This document shows positions 51,080 to 62,880 of a stretch of DNA of 64,000 nt, piece by piece. A program made the translations under genes and the position numbers. Position 1 is the stretch's first letter. Each line of letters starts with the position of its first letter. The notes under the pieces were generated by a model. That model saw only the letters and a program-made list of their open reading frames with translations. It ran no database searches and was not told where the DNA came from. This stretch comes from Antedon mediterranea (lineage: Eukaryota > Animalia > Echinodermata), in contig NC_092676.1 of the NCBI RefSeq assembly GCF_964355755.1, positions 8,533,888-8,597,887 of the forward strand. Reading direction: 5' to 3'.

Positions 51080-51510
51080 GGGTCGGTTTCCTCTGCATAG
51101 CGCCGAATAAATTGTTTATTTCAAAATAGATTTAAAATATAATTTTTATATTGACTGCATTTCTGCTCCTAAAAAAATCATTTAAATCAATTAGTGGAAA
51201 TCGTTAACAGTACCCAAAATGCAATGGGCACTGACGGTCAATTAAAACATTACTGTACTGCAGTGTAGTTGACACAAGGTCAGTGCATGGAGGTATACCT
51301 CCATGGTCAGTGGCTCTCAAATCAAATAACCATTTTTGCGTTGTAGCTAAAAGTTGCACAGAAATAACCAGTTAAATGGTGTTTTTAACAGTTATTTTCT
51401 GCCATTTAACCGGTTATTGAAAGTGTCTTTTGTTCCTGCTCCCGAAAAATTGGGGTTAATTTATTCGCACAGTTGTTAACCGGTTATTTTTTTCCAGCAG
51501 AAACAGGACT
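51080..51510. mobile_element. Harbinger-like MITE (family D)
   Basis: Ends GGGTCGGTTTCCTCTG / CAGCAGAAACAGGACTC. Related pieces at 60004-60150 and 63940-64000. Confidence 0.55.
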
Positions 51511-51780
51511 CATGTCAACATACTGTATAATACTGCAGCTATACTGTACAATACTGCAGTAACTACATTTGTACTCTTAAATCTATGCAATTATTTTTAG
51601 CATTTCTTTATTTTTTTTGACATGACTCATACAATCAGTCATTCAATCTTTAACAGTATTTCCAATCTTCACTTTAAATAGTAAGAAAAAAACAATAGCA
51701 TATAACATACAATATACTGACTGACTCATAAACCTAGTCTGCATTGAAACATAAAATAATGCAGTAAATAAAATGAACAT

Positions 51781-52020
51781 TATTACCCCAGTCATTTTTT
51801 GGATCAAACACGTATGGAAACATACTTCCATAAAGCAGCTAGTAATCAGCGCAAAGTTGTGTCTTGATCTAACCGGGTACCCATTTATACACCAGGGTGG
51901 AGAGAGGCAAACGTAAGTAAAGTATCTTGCCTAAGGATACAAGCAATGCGGCGAGAGTTGGATTCAAACCTCGGTCTCACGATCAGTAGTCCAACGTCCA
52001 ACACCCTGCGCCACACGCCC
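51781..52020 (-). mobile_element. CORE-type tRNA SINE, second copy (tail missing)
   Basis: Highly similar to 975-1217. Confidence 0.85.
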
Positions 52021-52834
52021 TCGCCCTTAAAAGTATACATAGTTCTACATTTTGGAAACACGCCGAAAGTTTTGCAATTAGTTGCTGTAGTAGTTCAGCT
52101 GTTGCTTTTACGGATTTTGCACTGATGATGTTGTTCGGTGTAACTACGAAATATGCAAACAAAATTTTTATTAAACTCAAGTTTATTTTACTTTTATTAC
52201 GCTGTCGGAAGTTCGGCAACATTATTCACAACATCACCTTAAACACTTCGGTGCCAATCAAGGACTTATGAAAGTTGGAAAAGCTCTCGAAAAAATTTGG
52301 ATATGAACTACTTAAAAAATACATAGTTCTATACACTATATTATATACTGTAGCTTCTTGCCTTCACAGAATCAACATTCAATATAAGTGTTAAAATTCT
52401 ACACAAAAACTCAATCATTCCATAAATATAGTACACATCTCTTTATTTTCCACTTATAATTTTACTCTTTCAGCACATTGTCAGTAATATAAATCACTAT
52501 AATTATTTTCAATGTATTTTATATTCATGCTACAAGTCATATATTGAAGTTTGTAACGCTTGCAGTAACACATTTCAATTTCTATTTAACACTACTTGAT
52601 TGTTTAGTATCTGTTTTCATTGTGGTCTACCGCTGTTATATTAATTTATTTTTTATCTTTATGCCATAAAGTAGTGTACAATTTATACTATAGAGTCTAC
52701 ATATATATCGAACAGACACAGTTTCACAGATATGATTGCAAAGTAGATAAACTCTATTTGGTAGTTTCCCTGAATAAATCAACAATGGTCCTTTCACTCA
52801 GAGATACATAGCAGAACCTCTTCTTTTGTACTAT

Positions 52835-53940
52835 ACACTCCTATTCAGGGGAACGCACCTATTATCGCAAACTTTCTTGTGAAACGAATGAGGTACAATA
52901 TACAGTATGTTTTTAACTACAGCTAACACCTATTAAGGGGACACTTTCTTGTCAATTCCTATTCAGGGGACAATTTGTTGTGAAACAAATGAGGTGCAAT
53001 ATATGTTTTAAACTATGGCTAGCACCTATTAAGGGGACACCCCTATTAAGAGAAACTACCCTGTGAAACGAATGAGGTGCAATATATGTTTTATACTACG
53101 GCTAACACCTATTCAGGGAACACCCCTATTAGGAGAAACTTTCCTGTGAAACGAATGAGGTGCAATATATGTTTTATACTACGGCTAACACCTATTCAGG
53201 GAACACCCCTATTAAGAGAAACTTTCCTGTTAAACGAATGAGGTGCAATATATGTTTTATACTACGGCTAACACCTATTCAGGGAACACCCCTATTAAGA
53301 GAAACTTTTCTGTGAAACGAATGAGGGGCAATATATGTTTTATACTACGGCTAACACCTATTCAAGGGACACCCCTATTAAGAGAAACTTTCCTGTTAAA
53401 CGAATGAGGTGCAATATATGTTTTATACTACGGCTAGCACCTATTCAGGGGACAGCCCTATTAAGAGAAACTTTCCTGTTAAACGAATGAGGTGCAATAT
53501 ATGTTTTATACTACGGCTAACACCTATTCAAGGGACACCCCTATTAAGAGAAACTTTCCTGTTAAACGAATGAGGTGCAATATATGTTTTATACTACGGC
53601 TAACACCTATTCAGGGGACAGCCCTAATAAGAGAAACTTTCCTGTGAAACGAATGAGGTGCAATATATGTTTTATACTACGGCTAACACCTATTCAGGGG
53701 ACAGCCCTAATAAGAGAAACTTTCCTGTGAAACGAATGAGGTGCAATATATGTTTTATACTACGGCTAGCACCTATTCAGGGGACAGCCCTATTAAGAGA
53801 GAGAAACTTTCCTGTGAAATGAATGAGGTGCAATATATGTTTTATATTATGGCTAACACCTATTCAGGGAACACCCCTATTAAGAGAGAGAAACTTTCCT
53901 GTGAAATGAATGAGGTGCAATATATGTTTTATATTATGAC
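52835..53940. repeat. 83-bp minisatellite (~13 units) inside a MITE
   Basis: Unit AACACCTATTCAGGGAACACCCCTATTAAGAGAAACTTTCCTGTGAAACGAATGAGGTGCAATATATGTTTTATACTACGGCT; period 83 (53104 to 53187). Confidence 0.92.
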
Positions 53941-54723
53941 ATTTTCCGGAGACACCCTTATAAAGGGGACACTTTGTCGGGTCCTAAATAAATAGTTGTC
54001 ACTTCTATAGTATTACACCAAAAAATGTAGAATGTTTATGGAATTACCCATGTCCACAAACTTTAAAGGGTATTTTGTTGTTTTTTTTAATATATAAAAC
54101 ATTTTGTATTAATCTGTGAAAATATCCTCTGTTTTTTTACAATTTTTAGAAACTTTGTATTCATTGAGTGTTGTGTTTTTGCATTCTTGATAATGATGTT
54201 ACTTTTTTCTATCCACAAACCAACAACTGGTTTTTCTTTATCCAGACTTAACGATCATTGAGATAGGTTTTAAATTGGAACAAGACTTCACTTGGTGTGC
54301 TGAAATATTTTCAATTACTATAGAAACTAGATTTCGTACATAGGTATTATTGGATCACATTAGAATTTGTTTTGCAACTTTAAACCGGATCACCTAAATA
54401 AAAAATGTCAGAAATGCAATAATTAACGGAGTGCTGATATGACCATATGAGCAAACAAATAAAACAATTTTTCAATATTGTTATTTCTGTGGTATACAGT
54501 ACCATATAACACACCTGAGTGTATCCTACTGTAGCCATTTGATTGGTTAATTTTGTATCACATGCCATTCAGTATTAGTTCTATTTTAACAGTAAAAGTG
54601 ATATTTAAAGGTTCTATTAAATCGTTCTATTGCAATTTTTTTTTTCAATATTTGTTGAATGTTGTTGTTACTGTTGGGTGTTGGAAAACCAGGCCGTAGT
54701 GTTAGTATTGTAGTTCTATCACT

Positions 54724-55010
54724 GTAGCACTGTGGCGCAGTGGTTAGAGCATTGGACTTGCAATCAAGAGGTTGCTGGTTCAAGCCCGGCCCGGTCACTG
54801 CAGTGTTGAGTCCTTGAGCAAGATTCTTTATCCACATTGTTCCTCCCCACCCAGGTGATAGAAATGGGTACCGGTATGTAAAAAGTACTGGGAAGGTAAA
54901 TCAGACTCGTTTGTGCGAGAGGAGTGGCGTACCCCGCACAAACATACACACTTAGTGGAGCCTGGCCCAAACGCTAAGGAAATGGAGATGTTCTCCATTT
55001 CAGCTCATAA
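54724..55010 (+). mobile_element. tRNA-derived CORE-type SINE (different family)
   Basis: GTGGCGCAGTGGTTAGAGC...GGTTCAAGCCC, GTCCTTGAGCAAGA, CCACCCAGGTGATAGAAATGGGTACC. Confidence 0.8.
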
Positions 55011-56197
55011 ATATTCATTATTTGAATAATATTAGTTCTGCCCAAACAAAGAACAACAAGGAAGAAACATGAATCTATTAACCAATATTATCGTATTCTT
55101 GGCCTAATTATACACTGTATGTTTTAAGTAATGAATTCACACAGATTATAGATTGCCTAGCTTCCCTCAGCACAATTAATGTAGGCGTCAGAAAGGCAAT
55201 GCTGATAGTTTGTGTTCACACTATGCTGTATACTTGGCCTCTGGCTGGTATTTCGTTGATAGTCCATATGCCAGCTTTAATTTACTTGTCACTTGTCATA
55301 GCAAATGCTGCTATGAACTGCGATGACAACATAGTAAATTCTAATTTTGGAAACTAATTAAATCAATACTATTCCTTACGAAATTGTAAATAGGAAAGAT
55401 TGATATTGTCACCTAAAATCAGTTTGAAGAATATTCACACATCTTGAAATTAATCTTATTAATAAAAGTATATTGTAAAAGTATCAATAAATATAACAAA
55501 TTAAGAGACAAAAATCTTTTTTCAATTAAAACTAATGTATGGAGAAACAAACTATGTCATTAGTAGAAATTGAAGATGTTCAGATTCCATTTTAATTAAA
55601 ATTCCTTTTGAATGTCATAATCTAATAAATTACACTTGTAGCCATTTGGTATGTAATAATACGATTGGATGAATACATTATTGCATTTTCATTCAAATTA
55701 AAATTTGTTTCTCTGTAAAATTGATGTTTATTTGATTTATTTTGAATTGATTGACCTCTACTTGTTTGATAATTGAAAAGAGATATATTGAAGGATTTAG
55801 TCATTATACATAATGAATGCTTATGCATTAAATAGTAAGAATATTTTCATGTTCTTTTCAACCACCAGGGATGTAAATTTTTAGGTATTTTTAATCTATT
55901 GGAATAGGTGTTGCTAGGCGTGGTTACTTTTTGTCAATCATATAAGGTCAAAAGGTCAAGTGTTGTAGATAGGTCAGAAGATGCATGTGAGTGATGTGTT
56001 GTGTCTCATCTCACCTGATCAATGTGCTTGTCTTCCTGTGCCAGAGTTCTGGGTATTGTAACTGTATCTTAATGACATTTTTACATAGGCCTACTCATGC
56101 ATAGAAGGGAGCATGTCCTTCAGGACCCATCAAAGAGGTTGGCTTTAGTGTTAAAACATATATCCTTTTGTTCGTTTCACAGTTTCCCCTTCCTTAA

Positions 56198-56524
56198 AGA
56201 TGTATTGTCCCCCAGAAACAAGAAAAATGAGGATTAATAAAAAATGATGTTGGGCCATTTTGCAGTTTTAATAAAGTTTAAAAAAAAATTAAAAAAATAA
56301 TTTATTTAGTTATATAAGACAAAATAAATAGTTAAAATCAACCAAAAACCCATTGACTTCCAATCAATTTGACAATGTTTTGCCTTAAATTACAGTTTTT
56401 GAGGTAAATATTTTTTTTCCGATTCAATATTTGGTCAAAGTAAATAACTATTATGTGACATTAAAATTGCATATTGAACAAAAATATTTACAACATTTTT
56501 TTTTTCAGCGAGACCAATATATCT
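56198..56524. mobile_element. Kolobok-like MITE (family A)
   Basis: TTAA TSD at both ends (56194-56197, 56525-56528). Confidence 0.75.
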
Positions 56525-58567
56525 TTAATAGGGATGTCAACTGAATAGGATTGCTCAAAAGTACTTAATTATTTATATTGAATTAAGATATATTGATATG
56601 GGCTATTATAGTGGCCTATCTATTGCTGAAAATGAAAAAATAAAGCTGTATTGCCTACAGTAGGAATGAAAGAACAAATACCCTAGCAAGACTTCCACAG
56701 TTACTTGCACTTTTTATGAATGTCTCTCATTGCATTGGAAATAAATCATGTTAGTTGAAATTGATATTTGGTCTCCAGCAGAATTGATGACATACTCTGT
56801 AGTAATTGAATGGACAACGACATAATCTGATTACATACTCTACAAAGTCCTACAATTTAAATTAAATGTGATTTATGAAATAGATAATTCAATTTTTTTT
56901 AATAAATAAAATATTATTTTGCTTGTCTTCATAGATTGTAAGCAGTCATAAATAATGTTGTTTACCATAATTTTGATTGTACTCACTGAATGAATGAATG
57001 AATGAAGTGGAAAGAAGTGTTCTCTCAGTTTGCCATTAAGCAGTTGTAATTACAAGGGCTTGCATCTAATTCCTGGTTAAATTCTGATCAAATTGTCTCA
57101 TGTAAACTGCAAAGCATGAGAATTAAGGAAACAGTTCTTCCAAACAGTATACATTTTAACCTTAAGGTTGGTTATTTTGTAGGTCTGTAGGCCTGTACCT
57201 GCCAAATTTAATTGCTGTGCAAAAACAGTAAACAAACACCTGCTTAAATACAAGTAATTTCATGCAGTTTATGTCGGCCTTGTTTTACTATCATTTTATT
57301 TTTTTGTTCCTGCTTACCTGAATATCCTGATATTAGACCTTTACTTTCTCCTCATAAATTACGAAAAGAAGAATTTTCCAGTAGAACACACCAAACTGTT
57401 CAATTTTTTCTACTTGTATATATGCTGCAAATCATATAATTTTTAAAGTCATAAATAATGGGGAAGGCAAGAAAGATAATATTTCTGGGTTTTTTTGTTA
57501 TAAGTTTGTGAACTAAAATCGAAGATGCCTGAAACCAGGACAGTAGTTGTTCAGAATTCATATTTTCCTCTTTATTTTTTAATATATTCAAATATCAGGT
57601 AGTTGAGGATGAAACAAATGTATTAAATGAAGATGTCACATTGAAGGACTAAATATTGCTTGAAGGGCATTCCTCAAAATTTACATGAAAATCCACACAT
57701 GACTGTGGTTTCTACTTGCATCTGTTGCAAAGTCTTTGATAAAGTAGACCTTCTTACAAAAATGTTGAAAAATTACAACATATGTGGAGTTACAGTATAT
57801 GGTGGACAAAATACTAAGTTACAATACATGCCAAGTTTGAGGTTGCTGCTGGCTTGAGATTTTGCAATGATATGACACAACAGCAAAGCCACGAACCCCA
57901 TGTCCCAAACCCCTGTGAAATTGATTTTGTTGGCCTAAATTACTTTTAGGACAAATCGCCAAACGTTCCTGGCTTGAAACAACAAACAGTACATTGTTTT
58001 GGCCTGGATAGGTCATGATTCTAGCCATGAAAAATAACAGAAATTTGACATTTTTAGGTAATTTAAAAAACAAAATTTAGATTGTTAAAAAACGTGAGAT
58101 TTTATGTACGTTGTGTGGGAGCTTGAGGTTGGGGCCAAACCGTGAGCCTTGTGCCAGATGCATGGGACTTGACATGTATGAGTTACCAATCCCACTCTCC
58201 TTGGGTTTAAATCCTTTCAGATAAAAAGATTTTTTTTTATATGACAAAACTCGCTCCACTCTCAAATACTAATAGATTTTGTTTATGTACAGTAGAGCAT
58301 GTTTGTTTGTCCTGTGGACAGGGTTGCCACCTTTGAGAAAGATAGTGAATGAATCCACTTTTGGCTATCCTTGGCAGTATGCCTAAATATATAAAAACAT
58401 ATATAAAACAAAACATTAGGCCTAAAAACTGATTACAGTCTGTTGTGCAAGCACAATCAACCCAACATTTTAGAACATTCAGAATTTATATTTAATATAT
58501 TTTCAAAAAATTACAAATTTTCAATGAATGCAATATTTATGCAACATAAAACAAGTATACTGTACTT

Positions 58568-58957
58568 GTTAAGACCCATACTACGTACTCGTTGGGCCTG
58601 GTTGCGTTCTGAATAGGAGACCGTTTTGAAATTGCGGCGGGTGCTGTATAATACTGGTGACGGTCTTATGATGTTATTGGACTAGCATGTTATAGGCATG
58701 GGCTTGAGCCTAGATGCTAGATGCTTTACTCTCATTGCCTCGTCCTTAGAATGAGATGTAAAGCTGTTGGTACTGTGTACTATAGTGCACGTTAAAGAAC
58801 TTAGTACACTATTTAAAAAGTAGGGGATCATCTCCCAGTGTGCTGATCTCTGTAGTCGCTGCGCTGTTGGCTGCTGGTGTCCGTTGAGGACCTAATCCAA
58901 ATTTCCAAGTTTCCAGTTAAGCTTGAGGACCAGATTAAAAACATTTAACAGTTAACA
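58568..58957 (+). mobile_element. Chimeric 5S+tRNA Deu-domain SINE, second copy (5S head partly deleted)
   Basis: Colinear with the reverse complement of 39083-39530 (GCGGCGGGTGCTGTA, GGACTAGCATG, ATGCTTTACTCTCATTGCCTCGTCC, GTTTCCAGTTAA.CTTGAGGAC). Confidence 0.85.
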
Positions 58958-59011
58958 CTAATAAAAGTTTTCTTTTGAAACTGTGAATGAATGTTTGTTG
59001 TTTTGTTTCAG

Positions 59012-59128
59012 AGGGAGATCCATGCAGTAGTAATCCCTGTCAAAATGGAGGACTTTGTTACAATTTGTATATTCAATACCTGTGCATCTGCAACATTCAT
59101 TGGAGTGGCGATAATTGTCAGGAACCAA
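59012..59128 (+). CDS. EGF-repeat protein, coding exon 3 (EGF-like domain 2)
   Basis: TTTGTTTCAG| acceptor, (E)GDPCSSNPCQNGGLCYNLYIQYLCICNIHWSGDNCQEP, A|GTAAGT donor; 117 nt, phase 1-1; absent from the ORF track. Confidence 0.93.
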
Positions 59129-59189
59129 GTAAGTTTTTAAAATAAAAATCTACAATCAAGCATTTTTGCCATTTTGTATTATTGTTATT

Positions 59190-59522
59190 AAGGACTATAA
59201 ACCGTAGGTCCAGTATATACTTAAAATGCTTGTGTACAGTCTAAAGTACATCTTTTGAATAGTGGGTTATGCCGGTGTACTAGTTCACACAGTCACTACT
59301 AATCTGTCTTGAGTGATTTAGTGGCCGAGCAGTTCAGTGGAACCATAACCATGATGTTCGAGCCTCACTCGCTCCATGGTTCTGGTGGAAGAACAAGTCT
59401 TCTCAGATAAGGACTAAACCATAAGTTCAGTATGCACAAAATGCTTGTGTGCAGTTTAAAGAACCTTGTACATCTTTAGAATAGTGGGTTATCCCGGTGT
59501 ACTAGTTCACACAGTCACTACT
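59190..59522 (+). mobile_element. Two tandem partial Deu/Nin-domain tRNA SINEs
   Basis: AAGGACTATAAACCGTAGGTCC...GGGTTAT.CCGGTGTACTAGTTCACAC occurs twice; GTGGCCGAGC head at 59321. Confidence 0.7.
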
Positions 59523-62039
59523 TAGAGTAGGCCTTCTGGTAGGCCTCCTTCTGTAGTTTTAAAATCTACAGCTTGTTGAAGGCAGAAACTAAAACAAGAT
59601 GATTCTTTGAAAAGCATTATGATGTTGTAGAAATATCTAATGTGATAAATTGTTAATATCCTAAACTAGGTTGCTTTAAAATGTATCACTATTTTCTTCA
59701 TAATTTATGTACAATACTAACAGCATTGCATCTTTGTCAATTTTAATTGCAATGTCTGCGTTTTTAATGCCATTTGTTTGTGGTTCAGTTGTGAAACACT
59801 GTTACTGTACGTGTATAATCATTGTACTGCCAATGAAAGCATGGTTTTTAAAATATGATTTTTCATGACTGCAGTAACAAAATGAAATATTTTATAGTAT
59901 TATTTTTATAACACTATTTATAGGAGTTTAACAAGATTGTCTCCTAATTGGTATAAAAGTTAATTTCAGGTCATTGCTTAATAGTTTTTTTATCTAATTT
60001 TTAGGTCCTGTTTCTGATGCATAAAAATAACTGGTTAAAACATTCTAACAATGTAAACGGTTATTTTGGAGCACAATTTGAGCAGAAATGCAGTCAATAT
60101 AAAAATTACATTTTAAAATCTGTTTCGAAATAAACAGTTTATTTGGCACTTGACTAATCTAAACAGAAAATGCTACTAGTATTACTTCAGGCTATACTTG
60201 GAAAGTTAGAAATCATATATATTTTCAGCAACCAAAGTATACACAATTAGGGGACACTATTCAGTAAAAACTAAACTTGGGGCAATTTCTATTTCACACT
60301 ACTATTCTGTGAAAAATTTGGTGGGTCCTTCCAAGGTATCGCCTTAATAAAAATTCAACTGTTTCTAAATGTATCTTTATCAGCCTCAATACGCCTCGTA
60401 AAGATTATAGATTTGTACATCTGGATACTACAGAAACACTTTGGTTGAAATTTACTTTTTTTATCATGAGAATTGCATTTGTCGTAGGCCTACTAAATTC
60501 CAATGTTTTTTTCCAAGAATTATAGGGTTATGTATAGGTTGACTCCCTCCGTGGGACAGTAATTGAACAAAAATGAATTAAGATAAGTAACAGTTCAAAT
60601 TTCAACCTATAATTGGTGAGTTTGATGCCAAGACAGTGTTTCTGAAAAATATAAACTATGAACGTTCTGTTGACATGTACAATCATCCTCGGGCATTTTA
60701 ATAGAATAATGGACATCCAACTGAAAGTGTACTTAAATAAGTTTAAAACTCCTGGGATATTGTCGGCTAAGGTGCTTTGATATCTCTTGAGCACGTACCT
60801 TAGTAAAGATTTGAAAAGATAAGATATAAAACTGAGTTATGATAAGCATCTTTCTGACACATGATTCAATCATTATTTTGCGTTTTTATGGGGATTGCTA
60901 GGTTTTTTGGAGATTGACTGGTTTTATCAATTTTTTTAAACCAAAAAATGATGTTTTTATACCAAAAATAAGTAGTTCAGAACAAAAATATTTTTTGTCA
61001 CAAAAAGCCCATTGAAGCAATTTTCAGATGAATAATCTTGCTAATTTAATATTAGTTTTTTTTTCAATGATTAAAATTATATTGAACATTAACTATTATG
61101 TTCAATTGCACAACATTCTCAACATTTTTTTGTTGGAAGCATGATAATTATGAAAGTTTGAAAAAAACAACAAAAAAATGGATGTACAGTACTGTAAAGT
61201 ATTTATATGTAATTTTCCATTATTTTAGGAGAAAAGGTCTAAAAAACGAATTATATCATTTTGATTGTACCATCATTTTCTAGGTTTTATGAAACAAAAT
61301 TGATAAAATATTATAAACTGCTCAGAGTTGTAAGAACAACAATAAGCAGCATGATAAATTATAATTGCCCATTCCATAGCATTTTGATTGTTTTAGTTGA
61401 TGGATTGCAAATGCCTCATCAACTAGTAGACGTAATGTGCTATTAGCCTATATAAAAAGATAAAGGCAAATTGGAGAAAAAAATGATTTTACTATAGTAA
61501 AGCATATTACTTGTACATAGTAATTCTAGAGGGATTTGGGCTTTTCATGACTACTAAATCTTAAATCAAAATCTAAATTCATATGACTTATGTGAATGAA
61601 ATTGTAAACTACAATAACCTGGAAAGAGAATTAAAGTATATTCTTCTGAAATCTCCATCATAATTTGTTTTTATCCAAACCTTTTTCATAAATGATTGGA
61701 ATTAATGTTTCCAATTCTACTATGGCTGTATTTATTCTCTACTTGATGCAGTTCAAAAGAATTGCTGCTGGTATATATTTTATCATAGCCTTGCTGGTTT
61801 ATAACATCTTAGAACATTTACAATTTTTCCATGCACGTCCCTGTTATGCCACCTAGCTTAAATAGCTACACATACACAGTATCTCTATTCCTTCCTCCAC
61901 TATCATTATTTATCCCTTCCCCTATCTGCATTCCTCCTTCTTCCTATCTCCTATCTCTATTTCAGCAATTCCCAAGATATATATTCCTCATTTTCTATAT
62001 CTCTGTTCCTACAATACCTCTCCATATCTCTGTTCCCCC

Positions 62040-62880
62040 CTGCCCGTATTTCTATTCCTCCCTCCTCCCTGTTTTTCTATTCCTTCCTCCTCCCATTTAT
62101 TTATTTTCTATTCATCCATCCTCCCTGTATTTCTATTCCTCCCTCCTCCCTCTATTTCTATTCCTCCCTCCTCCCTGTATTTCTATTCCTTCCTTCTCCC
62201 TGTATTTCTATTCCTCCCTCCTTCCTGTATTTCTATTCCTCCCTCCTCCCTGTATTTCTATTCCTCCCTCCTCCCTGTATTTCTATTCCTCCCTCCTCCC
62301 TGTATTTCTATTCATCCCTCCTTCCTGTATTTCTATTCCTCTTTCCTCCCTGTATTTCTATTCATCCCTCCTTCCTGTATTTCTATTCCTCCCTCCTCCC
62401 TGTATTTCTATTCATCCCTCCTTCCTGTATTTCTATTCCTCTTTCCTCCCTGTATTTCTATTCATCCCTCCTTCCTGTATTTCTATTCCTCCCTCCTCCC
62501 TGTATTTCTATTCATTCCTCCTCCCTCTATTTCTATTCCTCCCTCCTCCCTGTATTTCTATTCCTCTTTCCTCTCTGTATTTCTATTCCTCCCTCCTCCC
62601 TGTATTTCTATTCCTCCCTCCTCCCTGTATTTCTATTCCTCCCTCCTCCCTGTATTTCTATTCCTCCCTCCTCCCTGTATTTCTATTCATCCATCCTCCC
62701 TGTATTTCTATTCATCCCTCCTCCCTGTATTTCTATTTCTCCCTCCTCCCTCTATTTCTATTCCTCCCTCCTCCCTGTATTTCTATTCCTCCCTCCTCCC
62801 TCTATTTCTATTTCTCCCTCCTCCCTCTATTTCTATTTCTCCCTCCTCCCTCTATTTCTATTTCTCCCTCTCTGTATTTC
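62040..62880. repeat. 25-bp pyrimidine-rich minisatellite (CTGTATTTCTATTCCTCCCTCCTCC)n, ~33 units
   Basis: Directly visible; flanked by degenerate CT-rich sequence 61880-63020. Confidence 0.95.

Noticed and set aside
54724-54800. tRNA genes here and at ~1140-1217, 7005-7095, 16690-16765, 37170-37210 and 51950-52020
   Set aside because: A/B boxes are present but there is no intact cloverleaf; most run into SINE core sequence and the others are short decayed fragments
57380-58030. Coding-like composition here and at 43120-43330 and 60520-60800
   Set aside because: Multiple stops in all frames and no motif I can recognise; possibly ancient TE or pseudogene debris, needs TBLASTX
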